The position numbers and the translations under genes are program-made. The notes under the pieces were generated by a model. It had not been told where the DNA came from. It searched no databases and saw nothing but the letters and a program-made list of their open reading frames with translations. Positions 37,604 through 47,485 of a DNA stretch of 64,000 nt are shown here, piece by piece; the stretch's first letter is position 1; each line of letters opens with the position of its first letter. The stretch comes from an uncultured Desulfurococcaceae archaeon (lineage in GTDB: Archaea; Thermoproteota; Thermoprotei_A; Sulfolobales; NBVN01): assembly GCA_964627805.1 (NCBI GenBank), contig CAZVLA010000023.1, positions 1,993 to 65,992 of the forward strand, written 5' to 3'.

Positions 37604-38465
37604 CTCCCTTACCCTCCAACCTACTTAAGACCTCCCTACCCATCTTAAATACCCCATCTACCCACTCACCACTACCTGACTCAATCAACTTATGTAACTC
37701 ACCCCTATCAGCTAACTCACTAACCCTAGGGTCTAGGGGTAGCTCAGCTAGTAACTCAACACCTAAGTCACCTACTTCACCGAATAACCTATGTACGGTA
37801 CCGCATACGGGGCACTTGAAGTAAGCCATATTAAGTACGGCACCTAATATTGGTGACCCAACTATGTATGCGAAGTTCCTCGCCTTACCAACTACGTGAG
37901 CAACCATCTTACCCGGCGTTAGTACTAGTACAATACCGGATAGCTTAGGACTTAAGAACCTCGTAACCGTTAATGCCTCATCACCAGTTCCCGGAGGTAA
38001 GTCAACTATTAAGTATTCATAGCTAGACCAGTCAGTCATACTTACTAAGTCAGTAATTGCTTTAGTCTTTAGGGGTCCTCTCCAAGCTAGTGGTGCGTCC
38101 TTCCTATCAAGTGCTAACTCAACTGAGACTACACCAACACCTAGGCTACCCTCAACAGGTACTATCTTACCCGTTGATTCACTAAAGAACATCCTACCTC
38201 CCTCAATACCTAGGAGCCAAGGTATGCTAGGTCCGTGTATGTCTGCATCAAGTATAGCTACGGACCTCCCCAACCTCCTAAGTACTAGGGCTAGTGATGC
38301 TGAAATAACTGACTTCCCAACACCGCCCTTACCCGACATTATGACTACGATGTGTTTTAGGGGCTTAACAGCCTCCCTAACCCTATCCAGTAACTCCTTA
38401 AGTTGATTAGCTTGAGCTACCCTAAATGACTGCCTACTTAATTGAGTACTCAATCCATCCACCAC
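37590..38465 (-). CDS. Mrp/ApbC/NBP35-family Fe-S cluster carrier ATPase
   Basis: SGKGGVGKS, DADIHGPS, WRGP, DLPPGTGDE, NMAYFKCPVC. Confidence 0.93.
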   Translation of the reverse strand: MVDGLSTQLSRQSFRVAQANQLKELLDRVREAVKPLKHIVVIMSGKGGVGKSVISASLALVLRRLGRSVAILDADIHGPSIPWLLGIEGGRMFFSESTGKIVPVEGSLGVGVVSVELALDRKDAPLAWRGPLKTKAITDLVSMTDWSSYEYLIVDLPPGTGDEALTVTRFLSPKLSGIVLVLTPGKMVAHVVGKARNFAYIVGSPILGAVLNMAYFKCPVCGTVHRLFGEVGDLGVELLAELPLDPRVSELADRGELHKLIESGSGEWVDGVFKMGREVLSRLEGKGVEGS

Positions 38466-38564
38466 CTTTAAGTGCTTGAGGAGAATATTAAGCTAAGCTA
38501 GCACTACCTAACTTATTAGGGAGGTAGTGAGTAAGGGTTAGTAAGTGGAGGGTATTACGTACTC

Positions 38565-40226
38565 ATGAAGAGAATAAGTACTAACGAACTCCGTGAGTAC
38601 CTACTAAGGATTAACGGTAAGCCCTTCAGTAGATACAAGGGGTTAAGGGGCTTACTCATAAACTACGGTAGGTACTCAGCCAAACTAACTAGGATTCAGG
38701 GGGACCCACACGCACCACCATCCTACATAGAGGTTAAGCTACCTAAGGAATTACTCAAGCTACCCAACACATTACTGAGTGGTCTAGGTGCATTAGCGCT
38801 TACCGACTACCTAGCTAGGAAGCTACATAAAGTACTTAAGGGTTTAAGGAGACCATGTGGTTCAGGAAATAGTTGCTACTTAGGGGTGCCTAAGCCCTCA
38901 CCTAGGATACTTAGGAGGTCATGCTGTGAATTAATTAGTGAGTCATTAGTCATTAGGTTCTTCATAGGTCTACCAGCTAGGGGTAGGAGAGTATTAGGTA
39001 GGGAAGCTATTAAGTTACTAATTAATGACGTACCTAAAGTCGTTAGTGAGTTACTTAAGGTACGTAATGAAGTTGATGAGGTACTTAAGCATTACGAACT
39101 ACTTAAGGATCAAAGGTTCCTTAGGGAGTGGCTTTATAGGGGAGGCTACATACTCTTCATACCTAATGGAGCTATACTACCTAGGGAGTCAAGCATAAGT
39201 GAGGAACCTAAGGAGGGAGCTACTAAGTTTAAATCACCACTCACCCTAAAGGTTAAGGTCAAGCTACCTAGCGGTAAGGTAGTTGAGGGTATGGCGGTTA
39301 AGGAGGGAGTAACTGTAGTAACTGGTGGTGGTTACCACGGAAAGACGACCCTACTAGAGGCTATTCAGGACGGTATATACGACCACGTGAGGGGTGATGG
39401 GAGGGAGTACGTAGTCTCTAGGAAGTACACAGTACTCGTTAAGGCTGAGGACGGTAGGTTAGTAAGTAATGTCGACATATCATCACTCATTAGGAACTTA
39501 CCAGGGGGTTGCGATACTAGGAGATTCTCAACACTAGATGCTAGTGGATCAACTAGTATGGCAGCATCGATAAGTGAGGTTATTGAGGCTGGTGCTGAGG
39601 TAATACTACTTGATGAGGACACAAGCGCTACTAACCTACTCTTTAAGGATGAGGTAATGAGGGAGTTAATACCTAATGACCCCATAAGGACGCTATCGGA
39701 GGTTGTTAGGGACTTAGTAAGTAAGTCAGGTGCTTCAGTCGTAGTAGTAACTAGTGCTTCCTCATCATTCCTACCCGTAGCTGATACAGTCATAAGGATG
39801 AGTAATTACATACCCGAAGACCTAAGTAGTGAAGTAGCTGGTAAGGGCTTAGGAGTAATTACTAAGACCTACGAATTACCTAGGAAGAGGTTGTTTAGGG
39901 GTATTAAGGGGTTAAGGAGGGTTAAGGTTCAGGGTATGAAGTTAATTATTGAGTACTTAAGCGGTAGTAAATTCGAGCTTGACCTTAAGTACTACCCAAG
40001 GATCGTAGAGACTGGTCAAGTTAGGTTAGTAGCTCACATAATTAAGGAGTTAAGTAAGCCACCTAAACCAATGAGTGTTAGGGAGTTGATTAAGTACGTT
40101 AATGAGAGATTAAGTAGGGAAGGGTTTAGTGCGTTCACGAACCCAGTACCCCCGGACCTAACTGAGGTTGATGGGTTTGATGTAGTCTGGACTATAAATA
40201 GGTTGTACGGAGCTAATTTCACCTAG
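38565..40226 (+). CDS. Predicted 'ABC-class' P-loop ATPase of unknown function (ABC_ATPase family)
   Basis: IQGDPHAPPS, GAILPRESS, Walker A TGGGYHGKTTLL, KAEDGR, FSTLDASGSTSMAA, LLDEDTSATN. Confidence 0.85.
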   Translation: MKRISTNELREYLLRINGKPFSRYKGLRGLLINYGRYSAKLTRIQGDPHAPPSYIEVKLPKELLKLPNTLLSGLGALALTDYLARKLHKVLKGLRRPCGSGNSCYLGVPKPSPRILRRSCCELISESLVIRFFIGLPARGRRVLGREAIKLLINDVPKVVSELLKVRNEVDEVLKHYELLKDQRFLREWLYRGGYILFIPNGAILPRESSISEEPKEGATKFKSPLTLKVKVKLPSGKVVEGMAVKEGVTVVTGGGYHGKTTLLEAIQDGIYDHVRGDGREYVVSRKYTVLVKAEDGRLVSNVDISSLIRNLPGGCDTRRFSTLDASGSTSMAASISEVIEAGAEVILLDEDTSATNLLFKDEVMRELIPNDPIRTLSEVVRDLVSKSGASVVVVTSASSSFLPVADTVIRMSNYIPEDLSSEVAGKGLGVITKTYELPRKRLFRGIKGLRRVKVQGMKLIIEYLSGSKFELDLKYYPRIVETGQVRLVAHIIKELSKPPKPMSVRELIKYVNERLSREGFSAFTNPVPPDLTEVDGFDVVWTINRLYGANFT

Positions 40227-40298
40227 TACCATTCCAGAGGTTAGAACACACCATTCAATACATTAGAGTTATAGATTACGTAAGCCCTACCTAAAACG

Positions 40299-42653
40299 GT
40301 GGTGTATGGTATGGGGTCAGCAAGTAAGTACGTTCTCGCGGGTGTTACCTTCGCCCTAGTATTAACTGCGGCCTTAGTAGGTGCTTCGGTAACTGGCTTA
40401 CTAGGTGTTAGGGTTAAGACTATTACTAAGTACTTAACAAGTACTGAAGTAAGTACCGTATTAAGTACAGTAACCAGTACTGAGACTAAGGTAATTACTA
40501 AGTACGTAATAACCCCTAACTCAACAACCTCAACAACTACCCAAGTAAGTACCTCAACTACATCACCTACTACTGGGGGTGCTAAGGAGTCCCTAGAACC
40601 ACTAGTAACTAACGCGTCCTCAGTAGGTGCTAAGGTGATTAGGAGTTATGAGGAGTTAGTTAAGCTGATTAAGGAGTCTAGTCAAGAATCAGCAGTAACT
40701 ACGGCACTAATTCGTGAAGTAGGTGTAACGCCTAGCGTATCAGTAACCATTACCCTGCCAACAGTAACGGTCAAACCATTAGCTACTAAGGTAAGCGTTA
40801 TGGAGAGCACCGGTAAGGCAGTGCCGTACTCAAGAACTAACGTACAGGTAGCTGGTGTTGATGAGCCTGATATCGTGAAGACTGACGGTAAGTACATATA
40901 CTTAGTTAAGGGTAGGGAAGTACTGATTATTAAGGCGTACCCACCAAGCGACATGAGGGTAGTTAGTAAGGTAGTTATTAGGGACGGCTACGTTAGGGGG
41001 ATCTTCGTTAGTAACGGTAAGTTAGTAGTAATAGCTACTAAGTACGGACCAGTCATTCCTAGGAAGTCTAAGTACGTAACTAAGACCATAACTAAGACCG
41101 TAACCGTAGTTGAGGTTGAGGATAGTAAGACGAAGACAGTAACGCAGGAGGTACCAGTAACGGTGGTTCAGCCAGCAGTTATTCAGCCACCAATATCTGT
41201 AGTGAATACCTCAGTCTACGTGTATAAGTTAGTTAATGGTGAGGCTAAGTTAGTGGGTAACGTAACCGTTAGTGGTTCATACGTTACTGCTAGGCTAATA
41301 GGTAATGACCTCTACCTAATATCACAGATGCCTACGCTAATCTATAGAGGCTTAGTAGTACTACCGTGCGTAGGTAATGCCGTAGTACCACCAACTAACA
41401 TACTGTACTTCGGTAGGGGCGTGGGGTACACCTTCACAACCATACTAGCCCTAGATACGGATAGTATGAAGTACAGGGCTACGGTACTATTACTCAGTAG
41501 GTCGAGTAGAGTGTACGTATCGACTAAGAACATATACATACTATCAACAACGTACCTCAGTCCGTGGACCTACGTAGCTAAGGAGGCTATGAAGTACTTA
41601 ATGAAGTACCTACCACCCGACCTAGCTCGTGAGGTTAAGGAGGTAATGAATAAGACAGCGATCTACTGGTCCCCAGAGATCTACAAAGTTATGGAGAAGG
41701 TTAGGAACTGGTTCAATAAGCTACCTGAGAAGCAGAGGGAAGCTATAGTTAATGAGTTAGGTAAGTACCTCGAGGGGGTACTTAAGTCACTACCTACTCA
41801 GAGAACTAAGATATACAGGTTCGAGATTGAGGGACTTAAGGTAGTACCTAAGGCAGAGGGTGAGGTACCTGGTGTAGTACTTGATCAGTTCTCAATGGAT
41901 GAGTACGGTAAGTACTTCAGAATAGCTACTACAGTAACTACCTACGAGATTAAGTACTTAGGTTCCAGCCTTAGGTGGTACTTAAGGACTAAGACCTACA
42001 ATAACGTCTACGTACTCAACATGAATTTAAGCATAGTAGGTAAGCTTGAGGGATTAGCCATTGGTGAGAGAGTATACGCTGCTAGGTACTTAGGTAATCT
42101 AATGTACTTAGTAACCTACAGGAGAGTAGACCCACTCTTCGGTATCGACCTAAGCGACCCTAAGCACCCTAAGGTGATAGGGTTCCTAAAAATACCTGGT
42201 TACTCAGAGTACCTACACCCATACATGAATAACACCTACTTAATAGGTATTGGATTAGCTGGTAATGAGGAGGGTAGGGGTGTTAAGGTAGCTCTCTTCG
42301 ACATTAGGGACCCAAGGAACATTAAGGTAGTATCTGAGGTAATCATTAGGGGAGCTTACGGATCACCACTATTCTACGACCATAGGGCATTCATAATAAA
42401 TACTGAGGAGGGCTACATAGCATTCCCAATATACGGGAGAGTACCTGGGTTAGCAGTAATAACGCTTAAGGACCACGTACTGAAGTACAAGGGCATAGTA
42501 CCTGAGTACGGATGCTATAGGGGGCTCTACATAGGTAATACGATATACGCTATATCCTACTCCATGATAAAGGCGGTTAAGTCAAGTAACTTAGAGCTAG
42601 TATCGACACTAAGCCTAGGTAGTGGAGTTACGTATACGATACTTAAGAAGTAG
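40299..42653 (+). CDS. Secreted beta-propeller domain protein (Beta_propel family) with Thr-rich linker
   Basis: Signal/TM; YSRTNVQVAGVDEPDIVKTDG; DQFSMDEY...FRIATT; GERVYAARY; LVTYRRVDPLF; LKIPGYSEYLHP. Confidence 0.88.
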   Translation: MVYGMGSASKYVLAGVTFALVLTAALVGASVTGLLGVRVKTITKYLTSTEVSTVLSTVTSTETKVITKYVITPNSTTSTTTQVSTSTTSPTTGGAKESLEPLVTNASSVGAKVIRSYEELVKLIKESSQESAVTTALIREVGVTPSVSVTITLPTVTVKPLATKVSVMESTGKAVPYSRTNVQVAGVDEPDIVKTDGKYIYLVKGREVLIIKAYPPSDMRVVSKVVIRDGYVRGIFVSNGKLVVIATKYGPVIPRKSKYVTKTITKTVTVVEVEDSKTKTVTQEVPVTVVQPAVIQPPISVVNTSVYVYKLVNGEAKLVGNVTVSGSYVTARLIGNDLYLISQMPTLIYRGLVVLPCVGNAVVPPTNILYFGRGVGYTFTTILALDTDSMKYRATVLLLSRSSRVYVSTKNIYILSTTYLSPWTYVAKEAMKYLMKYLPPDLAREVKEVMNKTAIYWSPEIYKVMEKVRNWFNKLPEKQREAIVNELGKYLEGVLKSLPTQRTKIYRFEIEGLKVVPKAEGEVPGVVLDQFSMDEYGKYFRIATTVTTYEIKYLGSSLRWYLRTKTYNNVYVLNMNLSIVGKLEGLAIGERVYAARYLGNLMYLVTYRRVDPLFGIDLSDPKHPKVIGFLKIPGYSEYLHPYMNNTYLIGIGLAGNEEGRGVKVALFDIRDPRNIKVVSEVIIRGAYGSPLFYDHRAFIINTEEGYIAFPIYGRVPGLAVITLKDHVLKYKGIVPEYGCYRGLYIGNTIYAISYSMIKAVKSSNLELVSTLSLGSGVTYTILKK

Positions 42654-42658
42654 TTTTT
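42654..42658 (+). terminator. Candidate oligo-T terminator
   Basis: TTTTT immediately after the TAG stop of the beta-propeller gene. Confidence 0.35.
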
Positions 42659-42667
42659 CAAAACTAA

Positions 42668-42716
42668 TCAGCTCGGGGAGTTCCGCTCATCAATCGCCCC
42701 GTCTTGAATTCATCAT
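42668..42716 (-). ncRNA. Box C/D guide sRNA, probably targeting 23S rRNA
   Basis: Minus strand: C ATGATGA (42716-42710), guide ATTCAAGACGGG, D' GCGA, C' TTGATGA (42693-42687), guide GCGGAACTCCCCGAG, D CTGA (42671-42668). The first guide is antisense to CCCGUCUUGAA. Confidence 0.85.
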
Positions 42717-42968
42717 TAGTTAATTAGTACTGAATTACTTAATACCATATCCTTAAATCACTAACCCCTTAATTAAGGATTTTAAATATGCAGTATTTAA
42801 GCTGTCAATGCGGTTTCTGTGTAAATAAAAATGCATTATTTAACTACTTTAATCGTGGGAATACTATTCAAGTGCTCCACGTATGCTATGAAATATTATT
42901 TTTCATTAGTGCCTTACTAGTATTTGTTTAAGGTAAATATTATTTAAGTTCAGGACGTACTAAATTAC

Positions 42969-44885
42969 TTGCTGGTGCTGGGGGTGCGTGACGCCTACAT
43001 ACTACTGGGGGGTCCTCAAGGGAGTGGCTTAGATACCGCTATGAGGATACTCTCTAGGTTCTTCGCCTCACTAGGCTATAGTGTATTAGCTGATAGGGAG
43101 TACTACTCAAACATTAGGGGTAAGCACAGTTACGTCCATATGAGGGTATCAGCAACTAAGGCAACCTCACTTAAGTACCCAGTAGATGTTGCTGTCGCTA
43201 TGGACGTTGAGTCAGTATTCATACACTTTAGGGACGTGAGTAGGGGTAGTTACTTCGTTTATGACTTAGGTACGGAGTCATCAACTATTGAGGATGCTAA
43301 GGCACTTGAGAAGTACACCGCTATGAGGGTTAAGGAGCTACTTAAGGAGTTAGGTATTAGTGAGTACGTAGGTGATGTGGTTAAGTGGTTAAGGTCTGAA
43401 GGCGTTGAGGTAGTAGGTATTAAGTATTCAGACCTAATTAATGAGTTAGTTAAGTATGGAGTACCTAGGAACGTAGCTACTAGGGCGTTAAGTACCTTCG
43501 CAGCTACAGCAGCTACTTACTTAGTAGGTATTGACCCAGAATCAATGGTGAGTACGGTAGAGGATGTATTCAGGGGTAGGGCCTCAGTTATTGAGGTTAA
43601 TAAGTTAATGATTAAAGCATCCGTGAGTGCCTTAAGGAGTAAGGTACCTAAGGTGAGTAAGGAGTTAGGTAAGCCTGAATTAAGTGAGGATGAGTTACTA
43701 GTGGTTACTGGTAATGAGGTAGTAGCTATGGGTAAGTTAGTAGGTGGTCTTAGGTTCCAGTCATACTACCCAATAACACCAGCTCAGGATGAGAGCTTCT
43801 ACATGGAGGGTAAGGACCTACTCAAGGTAGGTGATAAGTACTTAGGCTCAGTACTCGTCTTCCAGACTGAGGATGAGATAGCAGCTATAGCGTCAGCTGT
43901 GGGAGCTGCTTTAGCAGGTGCTAGAGTAGCTACAGCTACTAGTGGTCCGGGATTCTCACTAATGGTTGAGACGCTTAGTTGGGCAGGAATGAATGACGTA
44001 CCGGTAGTCATTACGTACTACCAACGCGGTGGGCCCTCAACAGGCTTACCAACTAGGGGTGCTCAGAGTGACTTATTCTTCACTTTATTCGCTGGTCACG
44101 GTGAATTCCCGAGAGTAGTTATTGCTTCTGGTGATCATGAGGAGGCGTTTAAGGACGCAGTTGAGGCTCTAAACATTGCTGAGAAGTATCAAGTACCTGT
44201 GATTCACTTACTGGATAAGTTCATAGCTAATACAGTAGTAGCTATGCCCGTACCTAAGACTGAGGAATTAGTTATTGAGAGGGGTAAGTACTACGTAGGA
44301 CCTGGTGAGGGTCCCTTCAAGAGGTTCTCACTAGATGAGGAAATACCTACGAGGACCTTCCTAGGTATGTCACCAATAACCTACTACACAGGTGTTGAGC
44401 ATGATGAGTACGGGAGGATTAGTGAGGATCCTGAATTAAGGATTAGGATGTACGTTAGGAGGATGAGGAAGTTAGAGGTAATCGATCGTGAAGTACCTCA
44501 AGAGCATAGGGCGGTCCTATACGGTAGTGAATCAGGTGATGTACTACTAATTGGTTGGGGCTTCGTTAAGGGTGCGGCTACGGATGCTATTGAGGAGCTT
44601 AAGTCATTAGGTATTAAGGCTTCATACCTACACATTAAGTACTTCATGCCGTTCCCGTCACGTAGGGTTAGGGAGGTTATTAAGGGGTTCAGTAAGTACG
44701 TCTTCGTAGAGCATGACTACTTAGTACAGGCTGGTATGGCTGCTAAGTTATTCGCTGGTATTGAGGTACGTGAAAGGATAGTTAAGTACACGGGTAGGCC
44801 GATATACACTAACGAGTTAGTTGATGCTGTCCTTAAGTTGTTTAAGGAGGGTGTTAAGGAGGTGGTTTTAAGGTATGGAGCGTGA
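42969..44885 (+). CDS. 2-oxoacid:ferredoxin oxidoreductase alpha subunit (gamma-alpha fusion)
   Basis: [67 protein letters not shown]. Confidence 0.95.
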   Translation: MLVLGVRDAYILLGGPQGSGLDTAMRILSRFFASLGYSVLADREYYSNIRGKHSYVHMRVSATKATSLKYPVDVAVAMDVESVFIHFRDVSRGSYFVYDLGTESSTIEDAKALEKYTAMRVKELLKELGISEYVGDVVKWLRSEGVEVVGIKYSDLINELVKYGVPRNVATRALSTFAATAATYLVGIDPESMVSTVEDVFRGRASVIEVNKLMIKASVSALRSKVPKVSKELGKPELSEDELLVVTGNEVVAMGKLVGGLRFQSYYPITPAQDESFYMEGKDLLKVGDKYLGSVLVFQTEDEIAAIASAVGAALAGARVATATSGPGFSLMVETLSWAGMNDVPVVITYYQRGGPSTGLPTRGAQSDLFFTLFAGHGEFPRVVIASGDHEEAFKDAVEALNIAEKYQVPVIHLLDKFIANTVVAMPVPKTEELVIERGKYYVGPGEGPFKRFSLDEEIPTRTFLGMSPITYYTGVEHDEYGRISEDPELRIRMYVRRMRKLEVIDREVPQEHRAVLYGSESGDVLLIGWGFVKGAATDAIEELKSLGIKASYLHIKYFMPFPSRRVREVIKGFSKYVFVEHDYLVQAGMAAKLFAGIEVRERIVKYTGRPIYTNELVDAVLKLFKEGVKEVVLRYGA

Positions 44886-45840
44886 GCGTAGGTACTCAAT
44901 GAAGGACTACAGATCTGAGGTATGGATTGAGTGGTGCCCTGGATGCGGTAACTACGGAATACTAACGGCGATGCTTAAGGCCTTCGAGGAGCTTCAGTTA
45001 GACCCTAAGAGAGTAGTTGTTGTTGCTGGTATTGGGTGTTCAGGTAGGATACCTAACTACTACAGAGTTAATGGTGTTCACGCACTCCATGGTAGGGCAA
45101 TACCGTTCGCGGTAGGTATTAAGTTAGCTAATCCTAAGCTCATAGTGATAGTTCATGGAGGTGACGGTGACTTACTAGGTATTGGTATGGGTCACTTCGT
45201 AGCCTTAGGTAGGAGGAACATAGACGTTACGGTAGTAATACATGATAATGGTGTTTACGGATTAACTAAGGGTCAAGCATCACCAACACTACCTAGGGGT
45301 GTTAAGACTAAGGCACTACCTAGACCCAACATACAGGACGCTATTAACCCACTAGCAGTAGCTCTAGCTTCAGGCTACACATTCGTAGCTAGGGCATTCG
45401 CTCTAGACGTTGATTACTTAAAGAGGATATTCGTTGAGGCTATAAGGCATAGGGGTGCTTCAGTAATTGATGTACTTCAACCATGCGTAACGTACAACAA
45501 CGTATTTACTGCTGAGTACTACCGTAAGAGGATATACAGGTTAGAGGATGAGGGTTGGGACCCACTAGTTAGGGATCCTAGTGAGGCTAGGTCCAAGTAC
45601 ATAAACGCTATGAGGAAGGCCCTAGAGTCAGGTGATAGGATACCGGTAGGTATATTCTATAGGAACCCGTACGTACCTAGCTACGAAGAGAGAGTCGCTC
45701 AAATGAATCCATACTACCTCAAGGAACCACCAAGTAGGCAGGTAGTCGAGGTTAATGGTAGACCAGTAATAACTACGGATTACTTCAGGAGGGTCTTCGC
45801 GGATAGGATAGTTAAGGTGGTGGGTAGGGGAAGTAAGTAA
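44875..45840 (+). CDS. 2-oxoacid:ferredoxin oxidoreductase beta subunit
   Basis: [26 protein letters not shown] motif GGDGD...[20 protein letters not shown]. Confidence 0.95.
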   Translation: MERERRYSMKDYRSEVWIEWCPGCGNYGILTAMLKAFEELQLDPKRVVVVAGIGCSGRIPNYYRVNGVHALHGRAIPFAVGIKLANPKLIVIVHGGDGDLLGIGMGHFVALGRRNIDVTVVIHDNGVYGLTKGQASPTLPRGVKTKALPRPNIQDAINPLAVALASGYTFVARAFALDVDYLKRIFVEAIRHRGASVIDVLQPCVTYNNVFTAEYYRKRIYRLEDEGWDPLVRDPSEARSKYINAMRKALESGDRIPVGIFYRNPYVPSYEERVAQMNPYYLKEPPSRQVVEVNGRPVITTDYFRRVFADRIVKVVGRGSK

Positions 45841-45897
45841 CTCACCTAATATGCTACGTAAGCGACTGGAGGTAACTGGATGGGGACTCCCCCTCAG

Positions 45898-45928
45898 CTG
45901 AGGCGTGATGACGGAGGTCAAGCACCGA
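45898..45928 (+). ncRNA. Partial C/D-like motif set within a GC-rich intergenic segment (possible sRNA)
   Basis: CTGA (45898-45901), GGC, GTGATGA (45905-45911), 13-nt CGGAGGTCAAGCA, CCGA (45925-45928). No canonical second C or D box. Confidence 0.3.
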
Positions 45929-46023
45929 CGGGTTAAGGCGTGCTTAAGTAGCGCCATTAAATCTCCGGAGTACGTAGGTACCCTACAGAGTTTTAAGGAA
46001 TTACTCCTAACGACTCCTTAGGG

Positions 46024-47385
46024 ATGGGTATGGGTAGGGGATACGCCGCTAGGGTATTAGGTACATTAGCGATTACTTCACTACTAATCATTGCGTTAAC
46101 ACCATCACTAGTTACGGCTGAGTCACTAACCTACACATACAGACTAGATACTTCGGGAGTAGCTACGGTAACCGTAATAGCTACTAACTTAAGCGGTCTC
46201 TACACATACACGGTACTACTTGATAAGGGAGTCATACCGGAGACCGTATCAGTCATTAACGCATCTAACGGGGAGCCGGTACCTACTAACTTAACAGGTA
46301 ATAAATTAACCATATACTTAATGAATATGACCTCATCAGTAATAATAACCTACACAGCAGTCGTAGGGAACCTAACTACGGAGGGGTACGTAGTAGCTGT
46401 AGTATCACCTCAAGGACCAGCCAACATAGTGCTACCTAAGGGTGCGGCACTACTCTACTTCAATGGCTCACCATCAATAAGTATGAAGGGATCCGTGATA
46501 GTACTGAGCTACTCGGGAGCGGGTACGTATGAGGTTAAGTACTTACCACCACCCCCACCAACAACTACGACTACCACAACCACCACCGCAACAGTGACTA
46601 AGTCCTTGACAACTACAGCCACAGCAACCACAACACCCACTAAGTCAGCAACATCAACAACTACGACCACTACGACATCAGCGACCCCAGTAACGACAAC
46701 GGCAACGAAGACAGTAACCACATCCACTACTACAGTAACCAGTAAATCAGCAACGACGACTACATCAGTTAGTACTACATCACCCACAACCACTAAGTCA
46801 TTAACAACTACATCATTAAGTACTACATCAACTACTAAACCATTAACTACTACTCTGAAGACCTCAACTACATCACCAACCACTACGAGTACTGTCGCAT
46901 CAGTCAGCACAGGTACTACAGTAAGGACTAAATCAGCAGTAGTTAAGACGAGTAAGGCATCACCAGTAACTACTAAGACAACCACGACACCCTCAACCAC
47001 AACAACACCTAAGCCCTCAGGACCTGCAATACCTACTGGATTAATAGCTGGTGTAGTAGCTGCTATAGTTGCTGCATCAATAATAGCTTCACTACTTAGG
47101 AGGAGACCTAGGACTGCTCAAGCCACATCAGTCCCTATGGAGGTTATTAGGGAGGAACTCGATGAGAGGGATGCTGAGATACTTAAAGCACTTAGTGAGG
47201 AGAGCATGAATATATCAGCACTAGCTAAGAAGTTAGGACTTAGTAAGTCAGTTGTTTGGAGGAGGGCTAATAAGTTAAGCAGGTTAGGACTCATAAGTAA
47301 GGTTGAGGAGGGCGGTAAGGTAATACTTAAGATAACTAACGAAGGTATTAAGGCGCTAGACAACATACTTAAGGGTGGTAAGTGA
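46024..47385 (+). CDS. Membrane-spanning regulator-like protein: exported domain, long Thr-rich stalk, TM helix and cytoplasmic wHTH
   Basis: Signal peptide; Pro5 followed by about 150 aa of Thr-rich low complexity; TM (GLIAGVVAAIVAASIIASLL-RRR); wHTH (LDERDAEILKAL...ISALAKKLGLSKSVVWRRANKLSRLGLI). Confidence 0.8.
   Translation: MGMGRGYAARVLGTLAITSLLIIALTPSLVTAESLTYTYRLDTSGVATVTVIATNLSGLYTYTVLLDKGVIPETVSVINASNGEPVPTNLTGNKLTIYLMNMTSSVIITYTAVVGNLTTEGYVVAVVSPQGPANIVLPKGAALLYFNGSPSISMKGSVIVLSYSGAGTYEVKYLPPPPPTTTTTTTTTATVTKSLTTTATATTTPTKSATSTTTTTTTSATPVTTTATKTVTTSTTTVTSKSATTTTSVSTTSPTTTKSLTTTSLSTTSTTKPLTTTLKTSTTSPTTTSTVASVSTGTTVRTKSAVVKTSKASPVTTKTTTTPSTTTTPKPSGPAIPTGLIAGVVAAIVAASIIASLLRRRPRTAQATSVPMEVIREELDERDAEILKALSEESMNISALAKKLGLSKSVVWRRANKLSRLGLISKVEEGGKVILKITNEGIKALDNILKGGK
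46561..47010 (+). repeat. Imperfect (ACN)n Thr-codon low-complexity tract
   Basis: ACAACTACGACTACCACAACC... encodes the poly-Thr stalk and produces the spurious Val-rich antisense ORF 46509-47000. Confidence 0.75.
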
Positions 47386-47485
47386 TTTTAAATAACTCCC
47401 GGTTTTCTTAAACCTACTAATACGTAACTAGAACTTGTTAAGTAATGTTTAAATCTCCTCCCACAGACTTTGATGCGGGGCATAG

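Noticed and set aside
46509-47000. Val-rich 163-aa minus-strand ORF
   Set aside because: It is the reverse complement of the Thr (ACN) tract in 46024-47385.
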